A stretch of 64,000 bases of DNA from positions 822 to 64,821 of the forward strand of contig JANQMA010000026.1 in NCBI GenBank assembly GCA_028280285.1, given 5' to 3'. The position numbers and the translations under genes are program-made. Below, piece after piece: positions 47,917 through 56,912 of the stretch; within the stretch, counting starts at the first letter, position 1; each line of letters opens with the position of its first letter. The notes beneath the pieces are model-generated. The model had not been told where the DNA came from, ran no database searches, and saw only the letters and a list, made by a program, of their open reading frames with translations. The DNA comes from Candidatus Omnitrophota bacterium (GTDB lineage: Bacteria; Omnitrophota; Gorgyraeia; Zapsychrales; Zapsychraceae).

Positions 47917-48318
47917 ATGATGACTATGCGCAAAGTGTTGGTCGCTGATGACGAGGAGGAAGTATTGGAAATCATGGCCAAAAAGGTTACCCTGGAGGGT
48001 TATTGTGTCATCGAGGCGGCTGACGGCCAAGAGGCCTGGGATAAGATTAAGGAAGAGAATCCGGATATTATTGTGCTTGATTTGAATATGCCGCGTATGC
48101 ATGGCTTTGAAGTGCTTCAACTTATCCGGGAAAATCCGCTCTCTAAAAAATGGCAGCCGGTGATTATTGTCTCAGCTCAAAATGAACTCGCGGACATACA
48201 AAAAGGATATTCACTTGAGGCTGACCACTACATTGCTAAACCCTGTTCCATGACCGATATTGTGAAAGCCATTAAATTAATGGAAAGTTTGATCCCACAG
48301 AGAGTGAGTGAAGAATAA
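47917..48318 (+). CDS. Single-domain response regulator (CheY-like receiver)
   Basis: VLVADDEEE, VLDLNMPRMHG (phospho-Asp) and YIAKP motifs. Confidence 0.8.
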   Translation: MMTMRKVLVADDEEEVLEIMAKKVTLEGYCVIEAADGQEAWDKIKEENPDIIVLDLNMPRMHGFEVLQLIRENPLSKKWQPVIIVSAQNELADIQKGYSLEADHYIAKPCSMTDIVKAIKLMESLIPQRVSEE

Positions 48319-49116
48319 ATGAAAATATTAGTGATACTTGTTAGTTTTTGCTTCGCGTTTTTTCTTTATGTACGGTATTTAGAGAAAAAGACGATATTTT
48401 ATCCGGATAAGAATATTGAAATGATTCCGACGGATTATCATTTAGAGTACGCGGATGTTCACTTTCTATCGGGTGGGAACAAGCTCCATGGATGGTGGAT
48501 TCCAAAAGACGGCGCCACGCACACAATCATTTATTTGCATGGCAATGCAGGCAATATTTCCGGAAGGCTTGAAAAAGTAAGCATTTTAAATGCCCTTGGT
48601 GTTAATGTCTTTATTTTTGATTATCGCGGCTACGGGTTGAGTGAAGGCTCTCCTTCGGAAGAAGGGCTGTATGAAGATGCCGATGCGGCCTATGATTATC
48701 TGATTCAGGAAAGAAAGCTTGATCCGAACAGTATTGTAATCTATGGCGCTTCGTTGGGTGGGGCCCCGGCTGTTGATTTAGCCTCAAAAGTTGATTGTGG
48801 GGCGCTTATTCTAAATTCAACATTTACCTCTGGCGTTGATATGGGCAAACATATCTATCCGTTTATTCCATCGTTTTTGGTTAATATCAAATTAGATTCG
48901 GTGAGTAAAATCAAAAATATAACGGTACCAAAATTATTTATTCACAGTGTGGATGATAAAGTCGTTCCATTTGTGCTGGGGGAAAAATTATTTAACGCAG
49001 CCGCTGAACCGAAAAGATTCGAACGCATGGTCGGCGATCATGTCAATGCGCATTTTTATGAATATGACCGGTATAAAAAAGTTTTAGGTGATTTCTTAAA
49101 AGGCCTTGCCATATGA
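48319..49116 (+). CDS. Alpha/beta hydrolase (BEM46/ABHD13-like) with N-terminal anchor
   Basis: LHGNAGNI and nucleophile elbow GASLGG. Hydrophobic N-terminus. Confidence 0.7.
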   Translation: MKILVILVSFCFAFFLYVRYLEKKTIFYPDKNIEMIPTDYHLEYADVHFLSGGNKLHGWWIPKDGATHTIIYLHGNAGNISGRLEKVSILNALGVNVFIFDYRGYGLSEGSPSEEGLYEDADAAYDYLIQERKLDPNSIVIYGASLGGAPAVDLASKVDCGALILNSTFTSGVDMGKHIYPFIPSFLVNIKLDSVSKIKNITVPKLFIHSVDDKVVPFVLGEKLFNAAAEPKRFERMVGDHVNAHFYEYDRYKKVLGDFLKGLAI

Positions 49117-50312
49117 AAAATTTTTTGAGGGTCAAGGGAACAAAAATTTATGACGGCCGTAAACAGGCTGTCTCACTACGGGGGGTTAATCTCGGCGGAT
49201 GGCTTATGATGGAAGCGTACTTCATGCATTCGCCTAATACGGCCGAGCAGCTTTTTAAGAAGAATTTTGTCAAACATCTTTCCCCTTCGGCTCTTAAGAG
49301 TTTTGAAAAGTCGTTTAGAGATAATTTTATCCGTGAAGCTGATATTAAAACAATCAAATCGCTTGGTTTTAATTGTATGCGTGTGCCGTTTAATTGCCGT
49401 TTAATTGAAACAAAGCCGTACAGTTACAGTAAGACAGGACTTAGTTATTTGGATAGGGTTGTCGCTTGGGCGCGCAAATACAAAATATGGGTTATTTTGG
49501 ATTTGCATGCCGCCCCTGGGGCGCAAAATAACGATTGGCATGGCGACAGCCTCGGGCCGGCGGATTTGTGGGCCAAGGAGTCTAATCGCAAACGAGTCTA
49601 TGCGCTTTGGCAGTTTATTGCCAAACGCTACAAAGAGGAAGAATGGGTTGCCGGATATGATGTCCTCAATGAATCGGTGACAACGAACACTAAGTTACTC
49701 AATAGTTTTTACAAAAAGGCAATAGAAGCGATCCGCGCAGTGGATACAAAACACATCCTTTTTATTGAAGGTAATAATTGGGCGACAGATATTAAATGTT
49801 TAGATGAATTTGATGATGATAATTATGTGTTGAGTATTCATAATTATGAGCCGCTTGATCTCACCTTTAATTTTGTCCCGTTTCTTAAGTATCCCTTAAA
49901 ATCTAAAAAACGCACGTACAATAAAGCTTTGCTTAAAAAACATCTCGATCAGTATGTGAAGATTTCGAAAAAACGTAATGTTCCCATCTATGTGGGAGAG
50001 TTTGGCGTGCATTACAGGAAAAATACATGCGGGGAGATTGATTGGCTTACAGATGTTTTGGATTTATTTAATAAAAATAATTTTCACTGGACATATTGGA
50101 CGTACAAGGCGGTCAAACACTACATGTTTCCCGACGGTATTTTTAGTTATTATGAAAATCCTCCTTGGGTGAACCGTCCGGGGCCTGTCACCGGATGGAA
50201 TACCTATTACCTGCATTGGCGTAAGTCAAAAGCCGCTATGATCCGTTCTTGGCGCTCAAAGGAGTTCAAAGAGAATAAACTTACCCTAAAAGCATTAAGA
50301 AATCATGTCTAA
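49113..50312 (+). CDS. Glycoside hydrolase family 5 (no signal peptide seen)
   Basis: RGVNLGGW, acid/base DVLNES, and nucleophile YVGEFG. Confidence 0.7.
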   Translation: MKNFLRVKGTKIYDGRKQAVSLRGVNLGGWLMMEAYFMHSPNTAEQLFKKNFVKHLSPSALKSFEKSFRDNFIREADIKTIKSLGFNCMRVPFNCRLIETKPYSYSKTGLSYLDRVVAWARKYKIWVILDLHAAPGAQNNDWHGDSLGPADLWAKESNRKRVYALWQFIAKRYKEEEWVAGYDVLNESVTTNTKLLNSFYKKAIEAIRAVDTKHILFIEGNNWATDIKCLDEFDDDNYVLSIHNYEPLDLTFNFVPFLKYPLKSKKRTYNKALLKKHLDQYVKISKKRNVPIYVGEFGVHYRKNTCGEIDWLTDVLDLFNKNNFHWTYWTYKAVKHYMFPDGIFSYYENPPWVNRPGPVTGWNTYYLHWRKSKAAMIRSWRSKEFKENKLTLKALRNHV

Positions 50313-51084
50313 AAAAATAACAAGCGTAGCCAATACGCATATTAAACAGTGTGTGGCGCTTCGCAAAGCCCAGGTCCGCAAAAAACAGGGTGTCACGTTG
50401 GTTGATGGGATTAAAGAGCTCAATCATGCTGTTAAGGGTGGCGTGCGTATTGAGGAAATCTATGTGCTTAATGCAAAGGCGCGAGGGCTTGCGCCGCTCA
50501 TCAAGAAAGCTCAATCTGTTTTTGAAATAACCGAAGCTGTGTATGAAAAGATTGCCTATGGTGCGCGCGGCGATGGGGTTGTCGCTATTGTCAGACCAAA
50601 AATTTATTCACTTAATAATTTAAATTTAAACCAAGACGCGTTGTGCATTGTTTTAGAAAATGTGGAGAAGCCCGGTAATCTTGGGGCGATTTTAAGAACA
50701 GTTGACGCAGCCGGTGCCCACTGTGTGTTTGTTTGCGATCAGCAGACAGATATTTTTAATCCGAATGTTGTTCGTGCCAGTTTAGGAACGGTATTTACAA
50801 CTAAGGTGATTAGTATATCATCGGATGAATTGATTGATTATTTGAAAGCGCATAAAGTTAGTGTTTGTGCGACGACTCCTGATGCTGCGCAAGTGTACCA
50901 TGAAGCTGACTTAAGTGGGGCCAAGGCCATTGTTATGGGAGAAGAGCATAAAGGTTTAACAGATAAATGGCTTAAAGCAGCGGATGTGAAGGTTTCTATT
51001 CCGATGGGAGGCACTGTTGATTCTTTGAATGTTTCTGTCTCAACGGCGGTTATTTTGTATGAAGCTGTTAGGCAGCGTGGATAA
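50305..51084 (+). CDS. SpoU/TrmH-family RNA 2'-O-methyltransferase, second copy
   Basis: LENVEKPGNLGAILRT, VMGEEHKGL and IPM.GTVDSLNVSV SPOUT motifs. Confidence 0.75.
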   Translation: MSKKITSVANTHIKQCVALRKAQVRKKQGVTLVDGIKELNHAVKGGVRIEEIYVLNAKARGLAPLIKKAQSVFEITEAVYEKIAYGARGDGVVAIVRPKIYSLNNLNLNQDALCIVLENVEKPGNLGAILRTVDAAGAHCVFVCDQQTDIFNPNVVRASLGTVFTTKVISISSDELIDYLKAHKVSVCATTPDAAQVYHEADLSGAKAIVMGEEHKGLTDKWLKAADVKVSIPMGGTVDSLNVSVSTAVILYEAVRQRG

Positions 51085-51099
51085 TGAAAAACAATTTTT

Positions 51100-51158
51100 A
51101 AACAATAAACTTTAAACATTAAACAGGCTTGTTTAATGTTTAGTGTTTAAAGTTTAAT
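51100..51158 (+). terminator. Heptad-periodic hairpin, family B
   Basis: Left arm aaacaat aaacttt aaacatt aaacagg. Right arm gtttaat gtttagt gtttaaa gtttaat. Confidence 0.55.
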
Positions 51159-51166
51159 CAAATAGT

Positions 51167-51889
51167 ATGACCAAAATAAGACTACAAGTTTTCCTCTCCC
51201 GCAATGGCGTTTGTTCCCGCCGGGAGGCCATGGGACTTATTAAGGAAGGCCATGTTTCGGTCAATGGTCAAAAACAGGCGGAGCCGTCTTTTGCGGTTGA
51301 TCCGGATAAAGATAAAATTTGTTTTAAGGGAAAAGTAATTGAAACAAAACAATTAGAGTATGCACTTTTTCATAAACCACAAGGATATGTGACAACCAAG
51401 GCCGATCACGGTAGTCAGAAAAATATTTACAAAATTCTGCCGAACAAGTATAAACATTTGCTGCCTGTCGGGCGTTTGGATAAAAATACAGAAGGTTTGC
51501 TGTTATTGACCAATGATGGTGATTTGGCCTTTGCTTTAACGCATCCTAAGTTTCATGTCGATAAGACATATTTTGTTATTGCCAAAGGCGATGTAGAGCT
51601 AAAAACCATCAGCCGTTTGGAAACGGGTGTTGTGATTGAAGGCGGCAAAACGGCACCGGCGAAAATAAAAGAAGTTAGAAGTAAGGGGCGTGATACGCAT
51701 TTGAAAATAACCATTCATGAAGGCAAGAAGCGTCAAATACGACTTATGTTTGAGGCCGTGGGGCATAAGGTGAAATATTTAAAACGGTTAACCCAGGGGC
51801 CTATTGGATTGGGTTCATTGCCGGTTGGTAAGACGCGTGAACTTGATCGAAAAGAGATCAAGGCATTAAAGGCCATAAGCCATAGGTAA
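51167..51889 (+). CDS. rluB: Pseudouridine synthase, RsuA/RluB family
   Basis: N-terminal S4 domain (RLQVFLSRNGVCSRREA) and catalytic GRLDKNTEGLLLLTNDG. Confidence 0.75.
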   Translation: MTKIRLQVFLSRNGVCSRREAMGLIKEGHVSVNGQKQAEPSFAVDPDKDKICFKGKVIETKQLEYALFHKPQGYVTTKADHGSQKNIYKILPNKYKHLLPVGRLDKNTEGLLLLTNDGDLAFALTHPKFHVDKTYFVIAKGDVELKTISRLETGVVIEGGKTAPAKIKEVRSKGRDTHLKITIHEGKKRQIRLMFEAVGHKVKYLKRLTQGPIGLGSLPVGKTRELDRKEIKALKAISHR

Positions 51890-51949
51890 TAGGTTTTAGG
51901 TGTTAGGTGCTAGGAGACTAAAACCTAAAACCCATAACCTAACACCCCG
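51884..51949 (+). terminator. Heptad-periodic hairpin, family A
   Basis: Left arm taggtaa taggttt taggtgt taggtgc tagg. Right arm ctaaaac ctaaaac ccataac ctaacac. The first heptamer contains the rluB stop codon. Confidence 0.6.
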
Positions 51950-51967
51950 ATCTACAAATTACAGCAT

Positions 51968-53911
51968 ATGATTAGTTTAAATAATATTTCGATGGGATTC
52001 ACCGGGCGTACGCTTTTTCAAGATGTGACGCTTAGCATTTTTCCGAAAGAGCGGATTGGCCTAACCGGTCCCAATGGAGCGGGGAAGACGACATTATTTT
52101 CGATTATTCTCGGGGAGATGGAATCAACGACCGGTAATGTGCAGATTCAAAAGAATATTAACATCGGTTATCTGCCGCAGGAGGCCAAATTTAGCTCCGA
52201 GCAGACGGTGATGGAAGAAATTACTTCGGGTGATGCGCGTATCAAAAATCTCTTAACCGAAAAACATAAACTCGAAGATCAAGGGGAGGCGGCAAGTGAT
52301 CGTTATGGTGATATTTTATCCAAGCTTGAGCAACTCGGGATTTATGAGCTCGAACATAAGGCAGAGAAAATTCTGGCCGGATTAGGGTTTAAAGAGAGTG
52401 AATTTCACAAACCTGTTGTCGAACTTAGCGGCGGCTGGCAGATGCGCACGCTTCTCGCCAAACTCTTAACGTATTCTTATGATCTGCTTCTTCTCGATGA
52501 GCCGACCAACTATCTTGACTTGCATGCCACACTTTGGCTTAAGGATTATTTAAAAAGTTATCAAGGCGCCTATGTCTTGATATCCCATGACCGCGTCTTT
52601 CTTAATGATGTCACCAATTACACAATCATTTTAGAGCAGAACAAGATGACCAAGGTCAAAGGAAATTACGAGCAGTATGAAGAGCAAAAGGCAACGGAAC
52701 AAAAGTCGCTTGAGAAAAGGAAAAAGGTGGTTGATAAAAAACGTCAACAGCTTGAGCGGTTTACCCAGCGATTTCATGCCCAGCCGAACCGTGCTTCAGC
52801 TGTTAAGAATAAACAGAAGATGATCGAAAAGCTTGAGAATATCGAACTTGATCGGGAAGTGGTGAGTGTCGGTGATTTTTCTTTTGAAGATGTGCCAACG
52901 AGCGGTTATGTGGTGGCGACCGGGCAGAACTTACATAAGGCTTATGGTGAAAAGGTGGTGTATCAAGGTTTGGATCTTGAAATCACACGCGGGCAGAAGA
53001 TTTGTTTGGTTGGACCGAATGGCGCCGGGAAATCGACACTGCTTAAGATGCTTGCCGGGATTATCAATCCCGATCAAGGCAGTGTGAAATTAGGCCATGA
53101 TGTTAAACGTGGTTATTTTTCACAAACGCGACTGGATGTGCTTCAACCGAATCGCAATGTACTCGAAGAATTAACTTCGGCCACAACCAAGAGTATTCCG
53201 GCGACAAAACTCCGTACACTGCTTGGGCTTTTCAGTTTTCATGGGGATGATGTATTTAAGCTGGTTAAAGTCTTATCAGGCGGTGAGAAGTCGCGGTTGA
53301 TTTTAGCTAAGCTTCTCATTAATCCGCCTAACTTTATGCTTTTGGATGAGCCGACAACACATCTGGACCTTGATGGGGTTAAGGCGCTGACCGGCGCGTT
53401 CCAAAAGTTTGAAGAGACCATGTGTTTTATCAGTCATGATCTTTATTTTATTAAGGAAGTGGCTGACCATATTATTGAAGTTAATGAGGGTAAGATCAAA
53501 ATCTATCACGGCGGTTTAGATTATTACTTGTATAAAAAAGAAGGTAAGGATTTTAAGGATTTGAAAAAGAGTAAGTCGTCGGCGTCAGCCTCAGCGGTTG
53601 TTGCGGCAGATAAGAAAAACAAAAAAAAGGCCAAGGCTAATCCAAAAGTCGATAATCTGTATCAAAAGCATAAAGAGGCCAAGAAAAGACTATCACAGAT
53701 TAAAAAAGAAATTTCTAGTTTAGAAAAGGAAGCAAAGGAGCTTGATACCGAAAGTTATGTGAAGGCCAGGCAGATGAGCGATACGTACGGGAAAGATCCG
53801 AAGATAATCAAAGAGCTTGGTGTACGGCTTAAGGAAATCCAAACGCGTCTGCGGGAGATTGAAAGCCGGATTAAAGAATTGGAACAGGAAAAACGTGGGA
53901 TCAGCAGATAG
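51968..53911 (+). CDS. ABC-F family ATPase (two ABC domains, no TM domain; Uup/EttA-like)
   Basis: Two Walker A motifs (GPNGAGKTT, GPNGAGKST) and two signatures (LSGGWQMR, LSGGEKSR). Basic coiled-coil tail. Confidence 0.85.
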   Translation: MISLNNISMGFTGRTLFQDVTLSIFPKERIGLTGPNGAGKTTLFSIILGEMESTTGNVQIQKNINIGYLPQEAKFSSEQTVMEEITSGDARIKNLLTEKHKLEDQGEAASDRYGDILSKLEQLGIYELEHKAEKILAGLGFKESEFHKPVVELSGGWQMRTLLAKLLTYSYDLLLLDEPTNYLDLHATLWLKDYLKSYQGAYVLISHDRVFLNDVTNYTIILEQNKMTKVKGNYEQYEEQKATEQKSLEKRKKVVDKKRQQLERFTQRFHAQPNRASAVKNKQKMIEKLENIELDREVVSVGDFSFEDVPTSGYVVATGQNLHKAYGEKVVYQGLDLEITRGQKICLVGPNGAGKSTLLKMLAGIINPDQGSVKLGHDVKRGYFSQTRLDVLQPNRNVLEELTSATTKSIPATKLRTLLGLFSFHGDDVFKLVKVLSGGEKSRLILAKLLINPPNFMLLDEPTTHLDLDGVKALTGAFQKFEETMCFISHDLYFIKEVADHIIEVNEGKIKIYHGGLDYYLYKKEGKDFKDLKKSKSSASASAVVAADKKNKKKAKANPKVDNLYQKHKEAKKRLSQIKKEISSLEKEAKELDTESYVKARQMSDTYGKDPKIIKELGVRLKEIQTRLREIESRIKELEQEKRGISR

Positions 53912-53998
53912 TATTCTTCGCTCAGACAAACGCTGCGCTACCTTTTTCTATGGAAAAAGGTATGCACCGTAACTCGCTCGGGAATACTATCTGCTAAT
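53912..53998 (+). terminator. Imperfect hairpin after the ABC-F gene
   Basis: Outer stem agtattc...gaatact. Inner stem taccttttt-ctatgg-aaaaaggta. No clear T-run. Confidence 0.35.
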
Positions 53999-53999
53999 C

Positions 54000-54305
54000 A
54001 TGTCGTTAAAATTTTTCTACGAGCGACTAGCAACGATCAACCAGCAACTAAATATGAAACTAAAACTCGACCTCCATGACATCTATTCCAACGGCCGCAA
54101 GCTTGAGCAGGCGCTCATCGATGTTATGCAGGATGCGCAGGATAAAAGAGCGAAGGTGGTTGAAATTATTCCCGGCAAAGGATCCGGGCAGCTCAAAAAA
54201 TATGTGCTGAGATTCCTTGAGAAGAATTACAAAAACGTTTATCATAGGATAGAAAAAGATGATAAAAACTGGGGGCGTATCTTTGTTCACTTTCGCTGGA
54301 AATAA
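54000..54305 (+). CDS. Smr-domain protein
   Basis: KLDLHD...VEIIPGKGSGQLK pattern of Smr/MutS2-C domains. ATG 54054 is an alternative start. Confidence 0.6.
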   Translation: MSLKFFYERLATINQQLNMKLKLDLHDIYSNGRKLEQALIDVMQDAQDKRAKVVEIIPGKGSGQLKKYVLRFLEKNYKNVYHRIEKDDKNWGRIFVHFRWK

Positions 54306-54693
54306 AAATAGTACCTGGCACTATTTATTGATGATCGCGGTTATTTTTGTCTCGGGCTGCTCGGTCACACAAAACCTCGAAGAGATCAAGACCTTACAAT
54401 CTGTGGCCAAAAGCCAAGAGCAAATAGAACAGGATATTGCCGCGGATGATAAGGTCTTTGCCACGATGATGGCCGAATATCAGTACAATCAACTGGCTGA
54501 ATACAAAACCCGGGATGATATTGTCAAAGCCTTTGGTGAGCCGGAAGGCCGCTGGGATATTAAGGAAGACAATCTTACCACCAAATGGCTTTACCGCGAG
54601 GCCGCCGACTTTTTCAAATCCGCCAAGCTCTATCTTTACTTCGATCATAACGAAAATCTCATCAAAATCGAATTCGTCCCTGTGCCACAATAA
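54259..54693 (+). CDS. Lipoprotein, unknown function
   Basis: Lipobox FVSGC. The start is uncertain (54259 or 54331). Confidence 0.45.
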   Translation: MIKTGGVSLFTFAGNKNSTWHYLLMIAVIFVSGCSVTQNLEEIKTLQSVAKSQEQIEQDIAADDKVFATMMAEYQYNQLAEYKTRDDIVKAFGEPEGRWDIKEDNLTTKWLYREAADFFKSAKLYLYFDHNENLIKIEFVPVPQ

Positions 54694-54705
54694 TTTCTTT
54701 CACTA

Positions 54706-55347
54706 ATGAGTAAATCGTATCAAAAAATCTACGACATCTTGTACGATCACTACGGTCCGCAGCATTGGTGGCCCGGGGATACACAGATCGAAATCATCGT
54801 TGGGGCGATTCTAACGCAAAATACGAATTGGAAGAATGTCGAGAAGGCCATCATTAATTTGAAGGATAACGGCGTTCTCACGGTGCCGGCGCTTAAGAGC
54901 ATTGCTGTCGACTCTTTGGCCGAATTTATCCGGCCGGCCGGGTATTTTAATGTGAAGGCCAAGCGTCTTAAGAATTTTATTCACTTTGTCTACGCGGAAT
55001 ATGATGGTGACCTAAAGATGATGGGCAAAGAGACGTTTGACGTTTTACGCCCTAAACTCCTCGCCGTCAACGGCATTGGGCAGGAGACGGCTGATTCGAT
55101 TTTACTCTATGCCTTTGACAAACCAATCTTTGTCGTCGATACCTACACCAAACGCATTTTGACCCGGCATCATTTGGTTCCGGAGGATATTGACTATCAT
55201 GGCCTTCAGGAGGAGTTTATGGCGGCTTTAGAGCCTGATGCGAAGCTGTTTAATGAGTATCATGCGCTTATTGTGCGCGTGGCTAAAGATTTCTACCAAA
55301 GAAAATCCAATGGGGCGGACTCTCCGCTGAATGTATTATTTGATTAA
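54706..55347 (+). CDS. Endonuclease III-related HhH-GPD domain protein
   Basis: HWWPGDTQIEIIVGAILTQNTNWKNVEKA and LLAVNGIGQETADSILLYA (HhH) motifs. Confidence 0.7.
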   Translation: MSKSYQKIYDILYDHYGPQHWWPGDTQIEIIVGAILTQNTNWKNVEKAIINLKDNGVLTVPALKSIAVDSLAEFIRPAGYFNVKAKRLKNFIHFVYAEYDGDLKMMGKETFDVLRPKLLAVNGIGQETADSILLYAFDKPIFVVDTYTKRILTRHHLVPEDIDYHGLQEEFMAALEPDAKLFNEYHALIVRVAKDFYQRKSNGADSPLNVLFD

Positions 55348-55388
55348 TCTCGTATTTTTGTGTAATATGGTCACGTAATTAGGGAGTC

Positions 55389-55504
55389 TTATTGGTTCGA
55401 GTTGGCCGCTTGCATTGGATTGTTGAGTGACTGAAATCGTCTTCTAAAAGGTAAACGATTTCCGGAACGAAACAACCAATGCAGAAGCCCAACGAGAACA
55501 ATAA
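55389..55504. repeat. Rod-like long hairpin I (family D), nested stems
   Basis: Outer arm ttattggttcgagttggccgcttgcattgg... pairs with ...ccaatgcagaagcccaacgagaacaataa. Inner perfect stem is gaaatcgt (55433-55440) with acgatttc (55455-55462). Confidence 0.6.
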
Positions 55505-55512
55505 TTAAGGCT

Positions 55513-55630
55513 CTCGGGGTTCTGTATTGTATTGCTCCACTTTTGGGATTTCGTTCACTTGGCAAATCGAGCAAAGCGAGATTAATAAACGAAATCAATC
55601 GTTACGCAATACAATACAACCGGCCTCGAG
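55513..55630. repeat. Rod-like long hairpin II, nested stems
   Basis: Outer arm ctcggggttctgtattgtattgc pairs with gcaatacaatacaaccggcctcgag (13 bp perfect). Inner perfect stem is gatttcgtt (55547-55555) with aacgaaatc (55588-55596). Confidence 0.6.
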
Positions 55631-55649
55631 CCGGAAGTTTATTCACAAC

Positions 55650-56912
55650 ATGACAACAATACTTCTAATAATTTCCATTCTTAATTTAGCTCTTATTGCT
55701 GTTCTTATCTTTAAACGCTCGGCCCAAAACGGGGGCGAGTTGCGCTCATCCCTTGATGCGCTGGATAAAAATCAACAACGGCTTGAAGGTATTATTAGAG
55801 AAGAACAGCAGAAGAATCTTAATACATTCTCTGAATCGCTTTTCTCACGCTTGAATGATGTCAACAATGCCAGTAAGAACCAACTGGATTCTTTCTCCAA
55901 ACAGCTGGCCCAGCTGACCCAACTTAATCAGGAAAAATTGGAACAACTCCGTTCGGCTATCGATAATCAACTCAAAGGGTTAAGGGATGATAATAGCCAA
56001 AAGCTTGAGAAAATGCGCGAAACGGTCGATGAAAAACTTCAGTCAACGCTTGAGAAACGTTTAGGCGAGTCTTTTCAAATCGTCAGCGAACGGCTTGAGA
56101 AAGTCCATCAAGGTTTAGGCGAAATGCAAAATCTAGCCTCCGGCGTTGGGGATCTGAAGAAAGTACTAACCAATGTTAAAACACGCGGCACATGGGGTGA
56201 GATTCAACTTGGTAATTTATTGGAAGAACTCCTCACACAGGATCAGTACGAGCATAATGTAATCACCAAAAAAGGTGGTCGTGATTCGGTCGAGTTTGCG
56301 GTTAAGCTGCCGGGGCGTGATGAAAAATATGTGTACTTGCCGATCGATGCGAAATTTCCTAAAGAAGATTATGAACGCCTGCAGTCAGCGCAAGACGCCG
56401 GTGATGTGGCCCAAATAGAAGAGGCAGGCAAGGCCATTGAAACACGCATAAAGCTTGAAGCCAAAAAGATCCGCGACAAATACATCGATCCGCCGCACAC
56501 AACCGACTTTGGGATTTTGTATTTGCCGATTGAAGGATTGTTTGCCGAAGTGGTGCGTCGTGACGGACTTGCTGATCTTCTGCAAAGGGAATACCGTATT
56601 AATATTGCCGGCCCGACGACCATTGCGGCGATGCTTAATAGTCTGCAGCTTGGCTTCAGGACATTGGCGGTGGAAAAACGGGCGAGTGAAGTTTGGACGC
56701 TGTTGGGTAAAGTTAAAACAGAGTTTGGTAAATTTGGCGGACTGCTTGAAAACACGCATAAAAAGCTAGAAACAGCCAGCCGTGAGATTGAAAAAGCGGC
56801 GAGCAAATCACGGACCATTGAACGCAAACTACGTGATGTCCAGGAACTTCCGGCCTCCAAACCGGCTGAGCTGATTGAGTCGAGTATGGGAGATTTTGAT
56901 GAGGAGGATTGA
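55650..56912 (+). CDS. rmuC: DNA recombination protein RmuC
   Basis: ATG 55650 gives an N-terminal TM helix (MTTILLIISILNLALIAVLIF), a long coiled coil and a C-terminal RmuC nuclease-like region. The track's 55527 start lies inside hairpin II. Confidence 0.75.
   Translation: MTTILLIISILNLALIAVLIFKRSAQNGGELRSSLDALDKNQQRLEGIIREEQQKNLNTFSESLFSRLNDVNNASKNQLDSFSKQLAQLTQLNQEKLEQLRSAIDNQLKGLRDDNSQKLEKMRETVDEKLQSTLEKRLGESFQIVSERLEKVHQGLGEMQNLASGVGDLKKVLTNVKTRGTWGEIQLGNLLEELLTQDQYEHNVITKKGGRDSVEFAVKLPGRDEKYVYLPIDAKFPKEDYERLQSAQDAGDVAQIEEAGKAIETRIKLEAKKIRDKYIDPPHTTDFGILYLPIEGLFAEVVRRDGLADLLQREYRINIAGPTTIAAMLNSLQLGFRTLAVEKRASEVWTLLGKVKTEFGKFGGLLENTHKKLETASREIEKAASKSRTIERKLRDVQELPASKPAELIESSMGDFDEED

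Noticed and set aside
55389-55649. Track ORF 55389..55598(-) and the 55527 start for rmuC.
   Set aside because: Both lie entirely within the two nested inverted repeats. ATG 55650 gives the expected RmuC N-terminal TM helix. The upstream residues have no RmuC-like features.
1204-56860. Dozens of 60-195-aa ORFs in the track that lie antisense or out of frame inside longer genes. Examples: 1204..1551(-), 4129..4563(-), 19041..19475(-), 24792..25379(-), 28027..28365(-), 56369..56860(-), 19685..20032(+).
   Set aside because: Each is fully nested in a longer ORF that has clear family motifs. Their translations are low-complexity (S/L/C/R-rich) with no recognisable motifs or ribosome-binding sites. 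They are typical shadow ORFs.
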